Shown: in pieces, positions 26,270 through 38,918 of the stretch
How the letters are laid out: each line of letters starts with the position of its first letter
Numbering within the stretch: the first letter of the stretch is position 1
Assembly (NCBI RefSeq): GCF_008831285.2
Contig: NC_045138.2
Location: 29,140,001-29,204,000 of the forward strand
Length of the DNA stretch: 64,000 nucleotides
Direction of reading: 5' to 3'
From: Nymphaea colorata
Lineage: Eukaryota
Program-made: the position numbers and the translations under genes
The notes under the pieces: model-generated
What the model saw: the letters and a program-made list of their open reading frames with translations, nothing else
Databases searched by the model: none
What the model was told of the DNA's origin: nothing

Positions 26270-27636
26270 CCTTATATACCCTCAAATTATTGACTCTCCA
26301 TTGCTTCGAAAATGAAACGAAAGCTTCTCAACAACGCCAAGTAGTTGACAACAAAGAGTGTTAAGTAGTCCAAAGTTTATGCATTGCACGAAAAAGTCGA
26401 AATACCCACAAGGAATCCAGCAAGAAAAGGATCATAGTAAGATGTTCAAATCAGACCAAAAAGAAAATGATTTATGCTGTAACACCGACATAAGAAAATC
26501 CGACAGCAAGTTAGCTCCTTTTCTCCAGAAACTTCCACTTTTTTCGCATGAAAAAGTACCTGCGGCTCCCCAAAACCCTCGTCTTCTTCTTTCCTCTAGA
26601 TCATGTTAATAGTTTGGTTGTAATCTTACAGACGGGAAGTGCGGGGGTTTCCGCGTACATTGTTCCGGCGCCTCTTATGTCCTTCATTTACACATAAAGC
26701 ACCTACTTGTTCATAATTTTCGGAAAGCCGCCTAACTTGTCAATTATAACGTTCAGGTGCCGGTCCTTTGAGAGCATGCTCCTGTCGACAAGTCCGTGCA
26801 GGAAGTAAATTGTCAAGATTCGGAACAAGCCTAGTCCGACTAACTAAGATCCGACATTTACATATATTAGTTTCGGATTATTATTGAATTTCAGGGTCAA
26901 TTTGTGCAGTACGTGAAAACTCCGATGGAAAATGGCACACTGAATCTGAATCAATTTGGTAACTGGATCCTATTTTCTTTACTAAATCCAACTAACCTTA
27001 TTTGGATTTGAGTCAACCATCAGATAAATGCAGCCACTCAAATTTGTCTATCATAAGTCCAGCATAATTATATCCAGCCTAGTCACCGACAAACTAAAAT
27101 TCAACTAGTTTGTATTCTAGAGTTGCCATCTATGTGGTGGTATGCCAAAGGTAAAAATTATCCCTTTTAAGATACATTTTTCAATTTGAGTGTTATGCAC
27201 GTTGCTATTTACAGTTTAGAAAAGTAACACTCACAAAAATCGAACTAGACTAGCGACCTGTTGTCCATGCATTCCTCCGGCAACCATTAATGAAGTGATT
27301 GTTCTATCATTTTATATATGTAGCCTGCACTCCAACTGTTTACATGTATTTATTTACTAAAATAGCAAGACTAGTTAATTAGGGAATCTATGACTCAAAG
27401 TAGTAAATTTACAGCCCGCTTCTTGTTTACAGAATGAAGCCAAAGATTCAATGCCTTGAGTTAGGTAAAGTGAGATTTTGCCATCTTGTTGTTTCTAATC
27501 GAGGAAACATCCCTCAGGATTTTCCCGAAAACAGAAGAAATAAAACCATTCAAAATGTTCCCCGATCTCCAGACATACACTCTGCTTCAGTTTGCGCAAG
27601 AGGTAGTGCCTAGTATAGCACTACATCACCCTTTGA

Positions 27637-27796
27637 TAGGGCGGCGCCAAGAATTTTTTGTCTGAGTTTCAAAATTTTAACAAGCGTCAAAATAGAAAAT
27701 TTCAAATTATATATATATATTACACTAATTTTTTTAGATTTATATATAATTTTGTTAAGTTTTTAAAATCCGAGGGGAGGGGGGGACAAGGCCCCT
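27637..27796. mobile_element. Short truncated MITE-like insertion specific to copy 2
   Basis: AGGGCGGCGCCAAGAATTTT...AT-rich...GGGGGACAAGGCCCCTG replaces ~10 bp present in copies 1 (2299) and 3 (54906). Confidence 0.6.
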
Positions 27797-28061
27797 GTTT
27801 TTATTTTCAATCTCCTTTTTTTTAATTCAAGTACTGCCAATCTCATTCATCGTGCAAATAAAGCATGAAAAGGACTTCAGTTCACTCTCTGAAATATACA
27901 GGAAAACAACAAGATATATACAATCTAGAAAAAGGAAGCGATGTAAATAGATTCAATGAGACTGAACATGGCACGGTCTTTGCTGACTGACTTCTTAGCA
28001 TGCAAGCATAACGCAGGTCCTTTTGAGGCTCCCATCTTCCAATGTCAAAGCTCTGAAACTT

Positions 28062-30706
28062 CTAACCTTTTATCTGATATAATCGGTTAAACCAAATTGA
28101 ATGAAGAATCATATGAAATATGTCATACTTGACAGGCTTTAGATGCCACAGGAAGTGTTTTTGAACTCTTTTCACCCCCGTCTGCAGCATAAGATACTTC
28201 TTCTCTGGGATTGACAACAATATTTCCTTCAACTTGGGAATGTCCTTCTCAGGTATAATGACTGAAAAAGCATCCCAATTTAGGACTTCAAAGAAAGGTG
28301 GAACGAAATTGTCTGATATAATTACAGGAACACACTCATAGTATATTGCCTCAAGGATCCGCGGACTGTTGACCTCGTAACCTCTAGGACAGATGCAGTA
28401 CTTGCTAGATTTCATGTGTTCTATGTAGGAAAGTTTGCTTGCGACTCCACGGGGCATAGCTCCATAGATTTTCATGTCAGTATCTTTCTTCTCCCAGTGA
28501 TTAAGCAAAATGGGTCTAAGATAACCATGCATTCGTCCAGCAAAGAAGGCGAGGGTTGGCCTTTGAGATGCAGGATTACCTCCAACATCCCTCAGAGGAT
28601 TTCGTCCAGAACGAATGTTCGTCTGTGGAAGAGAAACATCTTTACCCAATTTGAAGAAGCCTTGTGAGACATCTGCATTGCATATAGCTTTGATTGCATG
28701 CTTTCGAAGTTCACGATGCAACTTCGTTGCAAATGGTCCCTGAGAATCTAGATGAATCAGAATGATATTTCAAGGAGAATTGACTCAGGAGGTCAAGAGA
28801 AATAACAAGGCTATGTTCAACTGAACAATAGGGGACAAAATACATACCCAGTTATGGCAGGCAACAATAAAGTGGTCAGCACCTCCGGTTCTATTCCAGA
28901 AACGATATTTTCTAGACAGCAGGTCAACGTAGTCTTTTAAGAATACAGCTAAAGGAATTACCCTATGTGAATTAGGTACATACAGCAACTCCCGCATCAT
29001 GGAGGAACTGTAGGGCAAGTAAAACATGTGAGCTTTTCTTGGGTCCTTAACAACAAATCTTCTGTTCCCTTCCATCTGTTTCATAAACCATCCCTCAGAA
29101 GCATAAATGCCCCTGAAAAATGGTTTGTGGAAAATGGGTTTGCTTCCTTCCTTATAGATATAAACCTTGAACATTTGCTCCATTAGTTCGTAACTCCTGA
29201 AACAAGGACAACAAAGCCCTTATCATCCACATGAAGGCAAAATTCTAGATGCAACTAAATTTCTTTAGGGAAAATAACCATAGTTTCACAGCATACTCTT
29301 TGAGTATCAGCTATAGATAGGGGGAACTTCAAGGAAGAAAATTGCATGTTTATTACGACAGCATTTGCAGCAGAAATTTTTTCTAAATCACAACAGGGAC
29401 CATGGTGCGTGACATTTGAAATTCTAACAGCACACAACTGTGGGTTTCAATTAATGTACCATACTGCAGTACTTAACTTATGTTACACCAAAAAAAAAAT
29501 CACATAGTTATCGTCTACTCTTTGAATACATGAGAAACAATGGTGGAATACACTGCATAGATTGTCTAAGATTTTTCTAGACACTCATTAGATGCGGTCA
29601 TGGTTTCGAAATGTCAATGAGATACAACTAAACATTCAGTTAATCTAGCGCTCTGCAAGTTTAACCGTATATAATTTCATCAGGCAAAGATCGAAAAAAC
29701 CAGAACTGCTTTAGCCATAACAAATGATCCTAAGGCATGAAACTTCAGATCTTTCCATGTCGTGAATATTACATCCTGATTGCTGTTCATTACCAAGAAT
29801 TCATGATGTGAAAAACAATCGGAATTCTGAATAACCAGCGCCAGTTACAGACAAAAATGTTAGTCATGTACCTCTTGAACATGGAGACATTACGAAATAC
29901 TGGCGCGAAAAGATCGCGATCGTTTCTTATCATAGGTGCATTTTGAATTTCTTTCCTTGCAGATAATAGCTCCTTGTCCCGTGGCGATGGCCACCGAGGT
30001 CTCTGCATAGGGAAAAACAAGTATGAGGAATAGATTCATCACGACAGCATCACGCATGGACGTGGATTATGCTGTTGATCCATACCATAGAACCAGAAGG
30101 AATGCCATTCCAATCAACCCTGTAAACGCTCTCAGCAATCTTATTCCTCATCCAATGCTTTTGTCTCGGCTCATTGGTAATCACCAAACCACCATGTAAG
30201 GCATAGGAAGTGTTCGGTTCGGAGCCTAACTCTACCTTTCTCACCCCCATGGATGACGACAAAATGGGAACAACTGGAGTTACTAGCAAAGTTCCATTTG
30301 ATTTTCCCACGACTTCGTCACTTTTAAAAGAAACGACTGGAGATGATTCAGCAGCCGGAAGAGTGGCTGCCCCTTTCCCATCTACATCCTTTCCTTCTTC
30401 TCTCTGTTCCTCTTGGATGCCTCCATCCATACTCACAACTTCAGTTTCCTCCACTTCATCGTTAGAAATAAATGTACGATTAGAGTTATCAGAGTCACTG
30501 AGGTCGTTAATCTCGCCAAAATCCGTTACTTCGGGAGCAGAATATTCACTACTGGGAGTACCCATGTCCAGGGTTATAGGTACATGGGCTTTGCTGTCAG
30601 GAAACAAAGAGCAGAAAGTACTCAAATAAGAAATACTGCAAGATTGGAACACTAGCAGAAGTGTTCCCAAGATAACAATCACCAAAGTTAGCTTTCCGTG
30701 TTCCAT
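28062..30706 (-). CDS. GT47/exostosin-family glycosyltransferase B, copy 2, intact ORF, 592 aa
   Basis: Exons 30086-30706, 29872-30002, 28848-29196, 28062-28739 (1779 nt, in frame). TM segment KLTLVIVILGTLLLVF, MRPRW..RDKELL, GIYASEGWFM, YCICPRGYEVNSPR. Has ACHNW in place of ACHDW. Confidence 0.93.
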
Positions 30707-33700
30707 TATGGGTGCTTCCTTGTCATCTGTACAGCAACCTCCACGCAGCAAACAACCCCAAAACCTTTCCTAGAAGAGGGGAAAATGATACCCCATAAGA
30801 AATCTTCCTATAATACTGCAAAAAGCAATCATGATCACAAAAAACCAAAAAGAACAAAATGTACAGATACCCATTTCCTAAAACAGTAAAGCGTGAGACA
30901 ACTACAAAGAGAACGTGAAGAACAAACCTAAAAAGAAATCAGGGCTGCAATGCAAACTGAATCACTCCAACCACTACAAAGATCAAAGACAGTGAAAAAT
31001 GAGAATTTAAAGATACTCATTTCAGGAAAATTGTGGACGATATCCGCAACGGATGCATAGTGAAGAGTGACCAAAGCTGCTTCCTTCAGATATTCTCGAA
31101 CCCCAAGTATGCTCACCAAGAATGTGTCGACTTTCTTACTTCAGAGTTCAGACCCCTGCAACTGGTCCTCTAAAAAGCATTAAAGAAAAAATGGAGGTCG
31201 TGGTAGCCAGTGGTGTGACTGTGGCCCACTTTCTGGGAAAGGGTCGTTTAACTTATTGAACACCAAATTTTCAGTTTAAGTACCACTGTTTGCACACACT
31301 AGTGGGCATCTCTTTGTTCCAAAACTCAAAGCTAAAATTGAATGCAGAAATTACTCACTGGTGAAAAAACTTACTTTGACAGAAGCAGAAGTATCAAACC
31401 TTTTCGAATGGATATATTTTTCAATTCATATCAACCTTCAAAGTCACTCCCTTGGATCAATGCCTAGTAATTACTCCATTTGATCAGATGCGCGGTAAAA
31501 CTCGCTCCATCTTACTTGTTTGTTGTTTGTTGCAAAAAGTTGCTCCAATACCATCAATCAACTTGTGAGGAACCTATTTTTTTTCATCTATTAAAGCGTC
31601 GCTTTCAGTTTATTGACGACGGATGCGACTCCAATAGCAAGAGGATGGCCTTAGTGGTCAGGAAATAAATGACCAACAAGTGAAAAAGAAAAGAAAGAAG
31701 ACATATAATTGTATATCAACTTTTTTTTGTTACACTAAATTATTTGTACCCTTGTTTTAAGGAGGGTAGCATAGATAGTCGGGTAGACACACATAGAAGG
31801 CATGTTGCCAAGAAATGTAACTGTACTTATATATTTTGTCGTTGTTTTTAAATTCAAAAATTAAACATTAGCACCATACTTTTTGAAATAAGTTCATAAT
31901 GTTCTTGAAACATGTAGCTTAGGGCTAGGTGTTCTAAGAACACAATGTTTTTCATACTGATACTTTCTTACCATTTGATATGCCTCCTTAGATACTTAAA
32001 TTATTACAAACTCAAGAATTACAAGCTAAAGGATGTCAGGATCGAGATTACAGGTTTGGTCATATAAAATTGATTGGATTCAATTTAGCGGTCTAGTTTG
32101 TCGTCTTTATATCTGGATCTACAACACTGATAAATCGTGTTCGGATATGGCACCATGATCCGGTCCGCGACCCGCTGTTCGTTTCCTTCTCGCGTTTCCG
32201 TCCTTGATAGTTGATACCCATGAGGGGCAGTTCGGTAATATGTTTCCTCATGGCACGCAGGAAGGCCCCACAAGACAGGGCAGTGACTGCACAAGTCAGA
32301 ATCCTTTTTTGTCCTTTTTCCAGTCAAGCTGAGAAGAAAGGCATTAAAAATTTCAAGGCTTATCCAGATATGGCGTCTTCTTTTCAGTAAAAACTTTTCC
32401 CAGAATTTTCCCTTTCCAGAAAACAATGAGAGGCTTCTTTTGGAGCATCGGATTCAGGAAGAAGGGGCATTTGAATTTTTTAAGTTGCATCGTTTTTCTA
32501 GTGTTTTTAGAATCAAAACCTCTTAAAGTACTGCCAAGTTGGGATTTAGAATTCAATCACTTTCCAAAAGAATCGGAAAAACAAAAAGTTCGAGCACCTT
32601 TTTGGAAAAACAAAAAATCAAAATCAAAATTTATAGAAAATTCAAGACTCATATGTTTGAGAATCAATTGATAATCTGGTCAAGACTTAAAAATTGCAGA
32701 AATGTATGAGGGGAATTGGTAAGGGAGGCTGTGCTCTGTGCACGAGGGGGATTGATAGGCAGTCAATTCAGCCTAATAAAATTTTTAATATTATTTTTGC
32801 TTATTTTTATATATTATTTTAATATTTTATTACAATTAGTTACATTTATATATTATTTTATATTAAAAACATATATTTTTTAATTTTAATCCAATAGGAC
32901 CCATACTTAGGTTTTGGGTGTCGGGCTGGCTCAGCCCGAGCCTGACTCCTTATCCACATTCCTATACTTGCCTATATCTTATTTGAAAAAAAAAAGTTTT
33001 TTTAAATAAAATTTTTTGGGTGTGCTAAATAAGGATGTCCAGGGATTAGATTAAGATTCTGGCCAAAATGATTCAAAAAATAGGGAAAAAATTTAATACA
33101 TCCAATTAAGAAAACAATTCGATTAGAATTCAAACAATAACATTTCATCAATTTAGTGATTTCATTCTAAATAAATTCCCAATCAGAAGGGAGAAAAGTG
33201 GATATGAAATCACACTTTTTTCTCCTTGTTTTATCTCAACTATGGATCTGAAAAGGATCAAATATTGAGAATGCCGTTTACCATCTAAGTATCTAGCACC
33301 TACCAGTTTTTTTTTTTTTTTTGTTCTTTCTCCTTTTATCGTTTTTTATATACATATAGTTTAACAATTTAAATAAAAGACAAAAAAAAAAAAAAAAAAA
33401 AAACAGCGTGATGCCAAATGAAGAGAAGGATATCTAACGAACAAAGATTCTGGTCCGGGGTACTGAATGTAAGACTTTATAAATTGATAAAAATAAAGAG
33501 TTGAATACGAGGCGTGTAACTCTTTGCATAAGCAAGCTGGTAGAGCCCTTCTATTGCAAATTGACCAAAAAAATATTATTCAATTCTTATTAAAAACAAG
33601 TCTTCACAAACAAGTAGTAAAGAAGGGGAAGGTTGCTCTTAATCGCTTTCCACAATCTTCAATCGCCTTTTAATTGCTGGCACGAAGAAGCTTCCCAATT

Positions 33701-34693
33701 TGCCTCGTAGACTTGTTACATTATTAAAAGCAGTTTCTTGGAAACATGGCAAGTTAATCTCTATCGTCATTCTGCCTCTTACTTTTGTTCCATTAGTTTC
33801 CATTCAATCTTCGTTTCGTCGTTTTCTATTAATTTTCTACACTGCCTTCTTGTATGTTTCCCTTCTAGTTTCCGGGATGCTTCAAAAGAGCTTCATATGA
33901 ATTACATCATGCATCCGTCTGCTTAAAGTTTTTAGTATATTACATGAGTGGACCACATAAAAGTATATTGGCATGCACCCTTCTATTTCTCATGTCTTCT
34001 AAAAATATTTGATAGTGGACCGCACAAAATTCATAAAGATTTTCTTCTTCCAATTCCTACCAAAAACAATTGAAAATTCAAATACATTCTTTCCGTTGTT
34101 AAACAGAAAAGCAAACATGTAATTAGCCTTTAAGTTGGCCTCTCATAAATCTTTACTATCTAGGGAATCACAGTCCAGATGATTCTACTTTTATTAGGGC
34201 TAGGATTTTTTTTTTTTTGTTGTAAGAGCCGAATTATAGTTTTAACAGAAGCCAAAATATAATTTTTCAAATTCTTTATATAGGCTAAACTAAAATTTTT
34301 AAAATAAAATTTTTAAAATTTTAGTTTATCGAGTTTTCACCAATGACAATATTTTCATTAATTGCTGGTTATATTAATAACTGACCTACTTTCTCTCCAA
34401 AACCAGCTGCAAGATCTATACCTTTTTATCTACGCTAGTCTCCTTTCCTAAAACTGAGTCATGCCGTTCATGGAGCTCAATGAATGTAAAGTTAGCGGAA
34501 AATAAGTTTTTTTCGGATGGGCATTTTGAATTATTGAAAAGGAAGAAAGGAGACTTCTGCACGGTAATTGGGAAGAAACTACGAATCATGGACCGAGCCA
34601 CCAACTTAAATATGTCATGGAGATCTGTCAAAGGCTATTAGATCGAGGTGCAGGATTAGTTTGCAACCGAACCCCAAAAGAATTCTTCGGAGA

Positions 34694-35308
34694 ATGCGTT
34701 TATCTCCTCTGATTCTTCTCTTCATCCTACCATTTTCTCTGGCAGAAGAGGAGACACCAATTTCCTCTAAAATCTCTGGCTACTTCATCGTGTTCTTCTT
34801 GCTCCTTTGTGCGGTTCTTCTCAAGTACATACTGCGAAATTGCAGAAGCAGGGGTAGCACCAGAGACAGCAACCTCAACGTCGTCAATGTAGAAGTTGGT
34901 GATCTTCAAGGGCTCTCTGTTGGTGCTCCCCAACAATCCTCTGGTGGAGTTGACAGGAACCTCATCAATTCACTGCCGGTTTTCGAGTTTGCAGCCCTCA
35001 CTGAATCGAGCGTAGGCTCGGAATGTGCGATTTGCCTTGGCAGATTTGAGGGCAAAGATTCGCTTCACTTGCTTCCAAAGTGCAGACACGCTTTTCACAG
35101 AGAGTGCATAGACAAATGGCTTGAAGATCATTCTAGCTGCCCCATCTGCAGGCAAAGCGTCGACGCTCAGGACATCTCTGCTTTTGTATCCAGCAATTCT
35201 CGTGATTGTACAAACCTGAAGGTAGATGGTGCAGATAGGAAACGAGTTCATGGTTTTGAGCATAGGATCACTGTTTTAGATGCAAATTTTGACAGTACAA
35301 GTCGCTAA
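34694..35308 (+). CDS. ATL-family RING-H2 E3 ubiquitin ligase, 204 aa, intronless, possibly C-terminally truncated
   Basis: Signal peptide MRLSPLILLFILPFSLA, TM segment, GVD (GLD-like) motif, and RING-H2 CAIC-x15-CRHAFHRECIDKW-x6-CPIC. Confidence 0.88.
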   Translation: MRLSPLILLFILPFSLAEEETPISSKISGYFIVFFLLLCAVLLKYILRNCRSRGSTRDSNLNVVNVEVGDLQGLSVGAPQQSSGGVDRNLINSLPVFEFAALTESSVGSECAICLGRFEGKDSLHLLPKCRHAFHRECIDKWLEDHSSCPICRQSVDAQDISAFVSSNSRDCTNLKVDGADRKRVHGFEHRITVLDANFDSTSR

Positions 35309-36898
35309 ATGAATATGTCATCGATGGCTTGAGTCTCGTGGTTTTGAACTCCGTCTCTCTTTTTCCCCGAGAGCTTGCCAAGGATCAAGACCTGCTCTGC
35401 TGCGGATGCCAAGGGCAGTAAGTCCTGCGCTTTCTCCCTCGCGTTAGGACTTCTCCTCTAGTCCGTTTATTGATCTTGGTCTCTGAAGCATCCCCGTATT
35501 CTCTTGATTGGCGCCATGGGGAAAATGTCAGAGCATAATTCTGGTGATTTGTTTTCAGAAAAACACGAAGAAAATGTAAGATAAGTTGATGCTCTTTCAC
35601 TGCTTTTATTGAGACTGTCTGTCACATTGGAAAAATCTTTCACACTCCCAAGGAATTCGTTCGCAGCATTTGAAAGTGCAGAAAGACAGCTTGTTCTTGA
35701 TTGTATTTCATCATAAACCATTTAAAAGAAAACTAAAGCTTCCATCTAATTTTCACTAAGATTTTTCTGAACCATTTTCACTGCTTTAGATTACATAATA
35801 CTTGAAAGCATCAAGCTTCTTTGGTGCTATATCATCCTTTGGGAATCTAATAATAAGGTCGTTGGCATTTCTTAAAATTTTCTGATTATCGCAATTATGC
35901 AACACCCCAAGCAACAGTTGAGGCAGGCAGAGTAGGTGGGCAATGGCCATCGTGCACGCAATCACTGTTACCATTAAGGTTCAACCTTTTCGCAAATTGA
36001 ACCGAAAAGGGAAAAAGGAAAAGGCATTGAGCACAATATGCCAAGTGGTAGATATTATTGCTATTAAACATGATCATACATGCGATAATGTGACAGGTGA
36101 CTCTCAGGTTTGGAGAAGAAAGCACAGGAAACGACCAGACATTTTGCTGTATAATTAAACTTATATTTACTGCTACTAATATATTTACTCCCAGTAAAAA
36201 AAACGGAGCGGTTTATCAAGATTTAAATGAAGAAAAAATATCACCATATTTGAACAGTTAATATAGAATAATTTACAAAAGCAAGCTCAACCATCGAGAG
36301 CATTACAGAAAGATGATCATGTTGTTAATCCTATTGCAACAGTAGTGAAAGTCGTAAAGTTAGTTTCTCTCTTGAAAAGCGTATTTGCGTAGATTGTCCA
36401 TTTTGGTTGTTAATTTTTGGCAATTTGATGAGACTTTAACCTTTACACGTTCGTTCAGGTTGTTCATCTATCTTTTTCTTTGAGGTTGCAAAGTTTTCCA
36501 ATTGTTCATATATGGACAATTTAGAGAAACTTAAATTAAGCATGAAAGAGATATTCCTCGCCCGTGAACCTCAACAAATGGACATGCAGTGTCAGCACAT
36601 TGAAAACTTGAGAATAGGCAGCGAAATCAAATTCCTTGTTGGTGGCAGCCATTTTTTTCTCTGCTACAAAGAAGAAAATACTCTTAACTGTAATTTTATT
36701 TGCCATAAAAGAAACTAAACTTTTTAGTCCGGCTAAAATGCAGAGTTAACCGAAGCCTACTTTTTTTTAATGTGACGGATGGTGGCAGCCTGGCTAGAGT
36801 ACTCAGGATTTGGAAATCAAAGAGCATCAAAAGGATCGATGGGAAGGAGGAGGAGGAGGAGAGGGCGGTGAGGGATATTTATTTTGGTGTGATTTTGA

Positions 36899-37221
36899 GG
36901 TCTGTTTGGCAAATAGAACAATGTGTAAACTGTAACATGAATGTGCTCCAAACGTTGAGGCAGTTTTATTCCATGAATAATGAATTTGCCACAATTTTTG
37001 GATCTTATTTAAAGAATAATTTCATACCATTTTTTTTTTGTCAAACGGACCCTTAAAAATCCTTTAGAAGCAGACTACTTAAAGAGTATCTATTGAATCA
37101 ACTTCAAATATTGGAGCAGATTCATGAAACATTAGTTCTAATACTCTAACTGCAATATCTAAGTTATGGAACACTAGTTTTAGTTCTATCATGATAGAAT
37201 GTCGTTACTGCCAAACAACCC
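36899..37221. mobile_element. Degenerate Tourist-like MITE
   Basis: Termini GGTCTGTTTGGC ... GCCAAACAACCC with an AT-rich interior. A related remnant lies at ~44749-44890. Confidence 0.4.
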
Positions 37222-37807
37222 ATCACATAACTCAAATGAAACCATAGTCATGAAGCGAAAAATATGATACTAGAGCATTTTTTTTATGATCCCAATAATA
37301 TAATTGAACGTGTATCTGAAAAATTCTCCAATAACATATAGCTCACTGAGGAAACTTGAACTCAAATGGAGTTGGGAAAATGTATGCATCCCAACGTTCA
37401 ACTGTCCTGTCCTTCTACTACATAGAAGAGATGAAGGGTACTTTGAGAAACAGCCATATATGTTTCTAAAGGGGGTGTTTGAATGGTAGATAAGAACGTC
37501 TGATACAACCTCCTATCCGGACCCTACTTTCCCATTGAAATATGGTGGAGAATGGCTCTGTACAATGTACATTTTCCACAAAGGTTGCGTTTGACAGTGA
37601 TCTGAAATTTTGCACGGATCCAGGACTTAGATCTGGACATGTTGCCCGACTTCACCTTTATCGGATCATAAATCTACGGTTTTTTCTTTCGACCGAAAGA
37701 TCAGAACCCACATTATTGAAATTGAGCAATGGATTTCACCAGAAAGAGCAGAGAAGAAGAATGTCCGAGTGCTTCGCCGGGGATTATTTCCTCCCCGTGA
37801 TTTAACT

Positions 37808-38731
37808 TAGGCCTGGGCGCCGGGCCGGGTCGTCGGCGGGTACCCGGTACCCGGCCCGAAACGGGCCCGGGTCCGGGTAGTGCTTTGCGCTCTTCGGGCT
37901 CCCGCCAGTTGCGCCCGGCCCGGCCCGACATTAAAACGGGCCGGGTCCCGGTTAGAAGTTGGGGCCCGTTGGAGCCCGATAGCCATTTCGACCAAGGTCG
38001 AAATAACTCTAGTCTTTCCCCTTTCATTTGAAAGGGAGAGAGCCGCTGCCTGCGCTGGTCTGCACCATGTGATCCACTGTCGTCGCCGCCGTCGCACTGC
38101 TGGTCTGCACCATCACCGTCGACGCACTGCTGGTTCGTCACAGTCGACCTCCGGTCCACCACCGATGGTTTTCCTTTCCGTTGGGAGGCACTTTTCGTCG
38201 CAGTAGGTAGCCCCAAACCCCATCCGGTGGTTCTCCTTTCCTTTTGCCCAATCCATCCCCATCATAAGCAAAAGTGAGAGAGGGATTCATATCATCAGCA
38301 TCATCGGCGGTGGAAAAGCCAATGGATGGCAGCAGCCTCCATCATCAGATGCAAAGGCACCATGGAGCAGCATCGCCCTCCTCCACCGCCTCAGGGACTT
38401 TGGAGCCTCCCCCCAATTCCAATGTCATCAGCCCCATCCTCTTCCTCCTATTCCCTATCTTCATTATCTTCTCCATTAGCAGCAGCCCCCAGCGCCAATG
38501 GATTCCGCCTCCAGACCACTCACGGATGCAGTTTGCGCACCCCTCATCCGCCTCCTCCACCACCATGGTATCGCGGCCCGGCCCGGCAGAAAACAAAACG
38601 GGCCTTGGACGAGGTTAACCATGCCCGACCCGATACACCCATTAATAGTCAGGCCGGGTAGCGGGTCGACCCGATTCAAATACGGGCCATTAACGACAAT
38701 GACTAAACGGGCCGGGCCGGGCCCATGTCTA
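37808..38731. mobile_element. Non-autonomous hAT DNA transposon, 924 bp
   Basis: Perfect 8-bp TSD ATTTAACT at 37800-37807 and 38732-38739. TIRs TAGGCCTGGGC / GCCCATGTCTA. Dense GC-rich subterminal GGCCCG/CGGGCC/ACCCG motifs. No transposase. Confidence 0.9.
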
Positions 38732-38848
38732 ATTTAACTCCAACGAAAGTAACTTCTGTTTCAATCCTAAAGAAAAAGCAGTAACTAGGATAACCGACCA
38801 ATTACAACCCGCTTTATAAACATTCTAAAATCTCTCATAACTTACAAG

Positions 38849-38912
<64 letters not shown>
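38849..38912. repeat. (TA)n microsatellite
   Basis: About 30 TA units with one TG interruption. Confidence 0.95.

Positions 38913-38918
<6 letters not shown>

Larger units (their letters stand above)
25211..35117. repeat. Segmental duplication copy 2 (portion shared with copy 3)
   Basis: Colinear with 52253-62082 (offset ~27 kb), from GT47-A intron 2 to inside the RING gene. Confidence 0.95.

Noticed and set aside
34661..34693. ORF-track start for the RING gene (MQPNPK)
   Set aside because: It is a TTG start. The ATG at 34694 directly precedes the signal peptide. The same applies to 61626.
37713..38737. Many overlapping ORFs
   Set aside because: They lie in a GC-rich hAT element where stop codons are rare, and no domain is recognisable.
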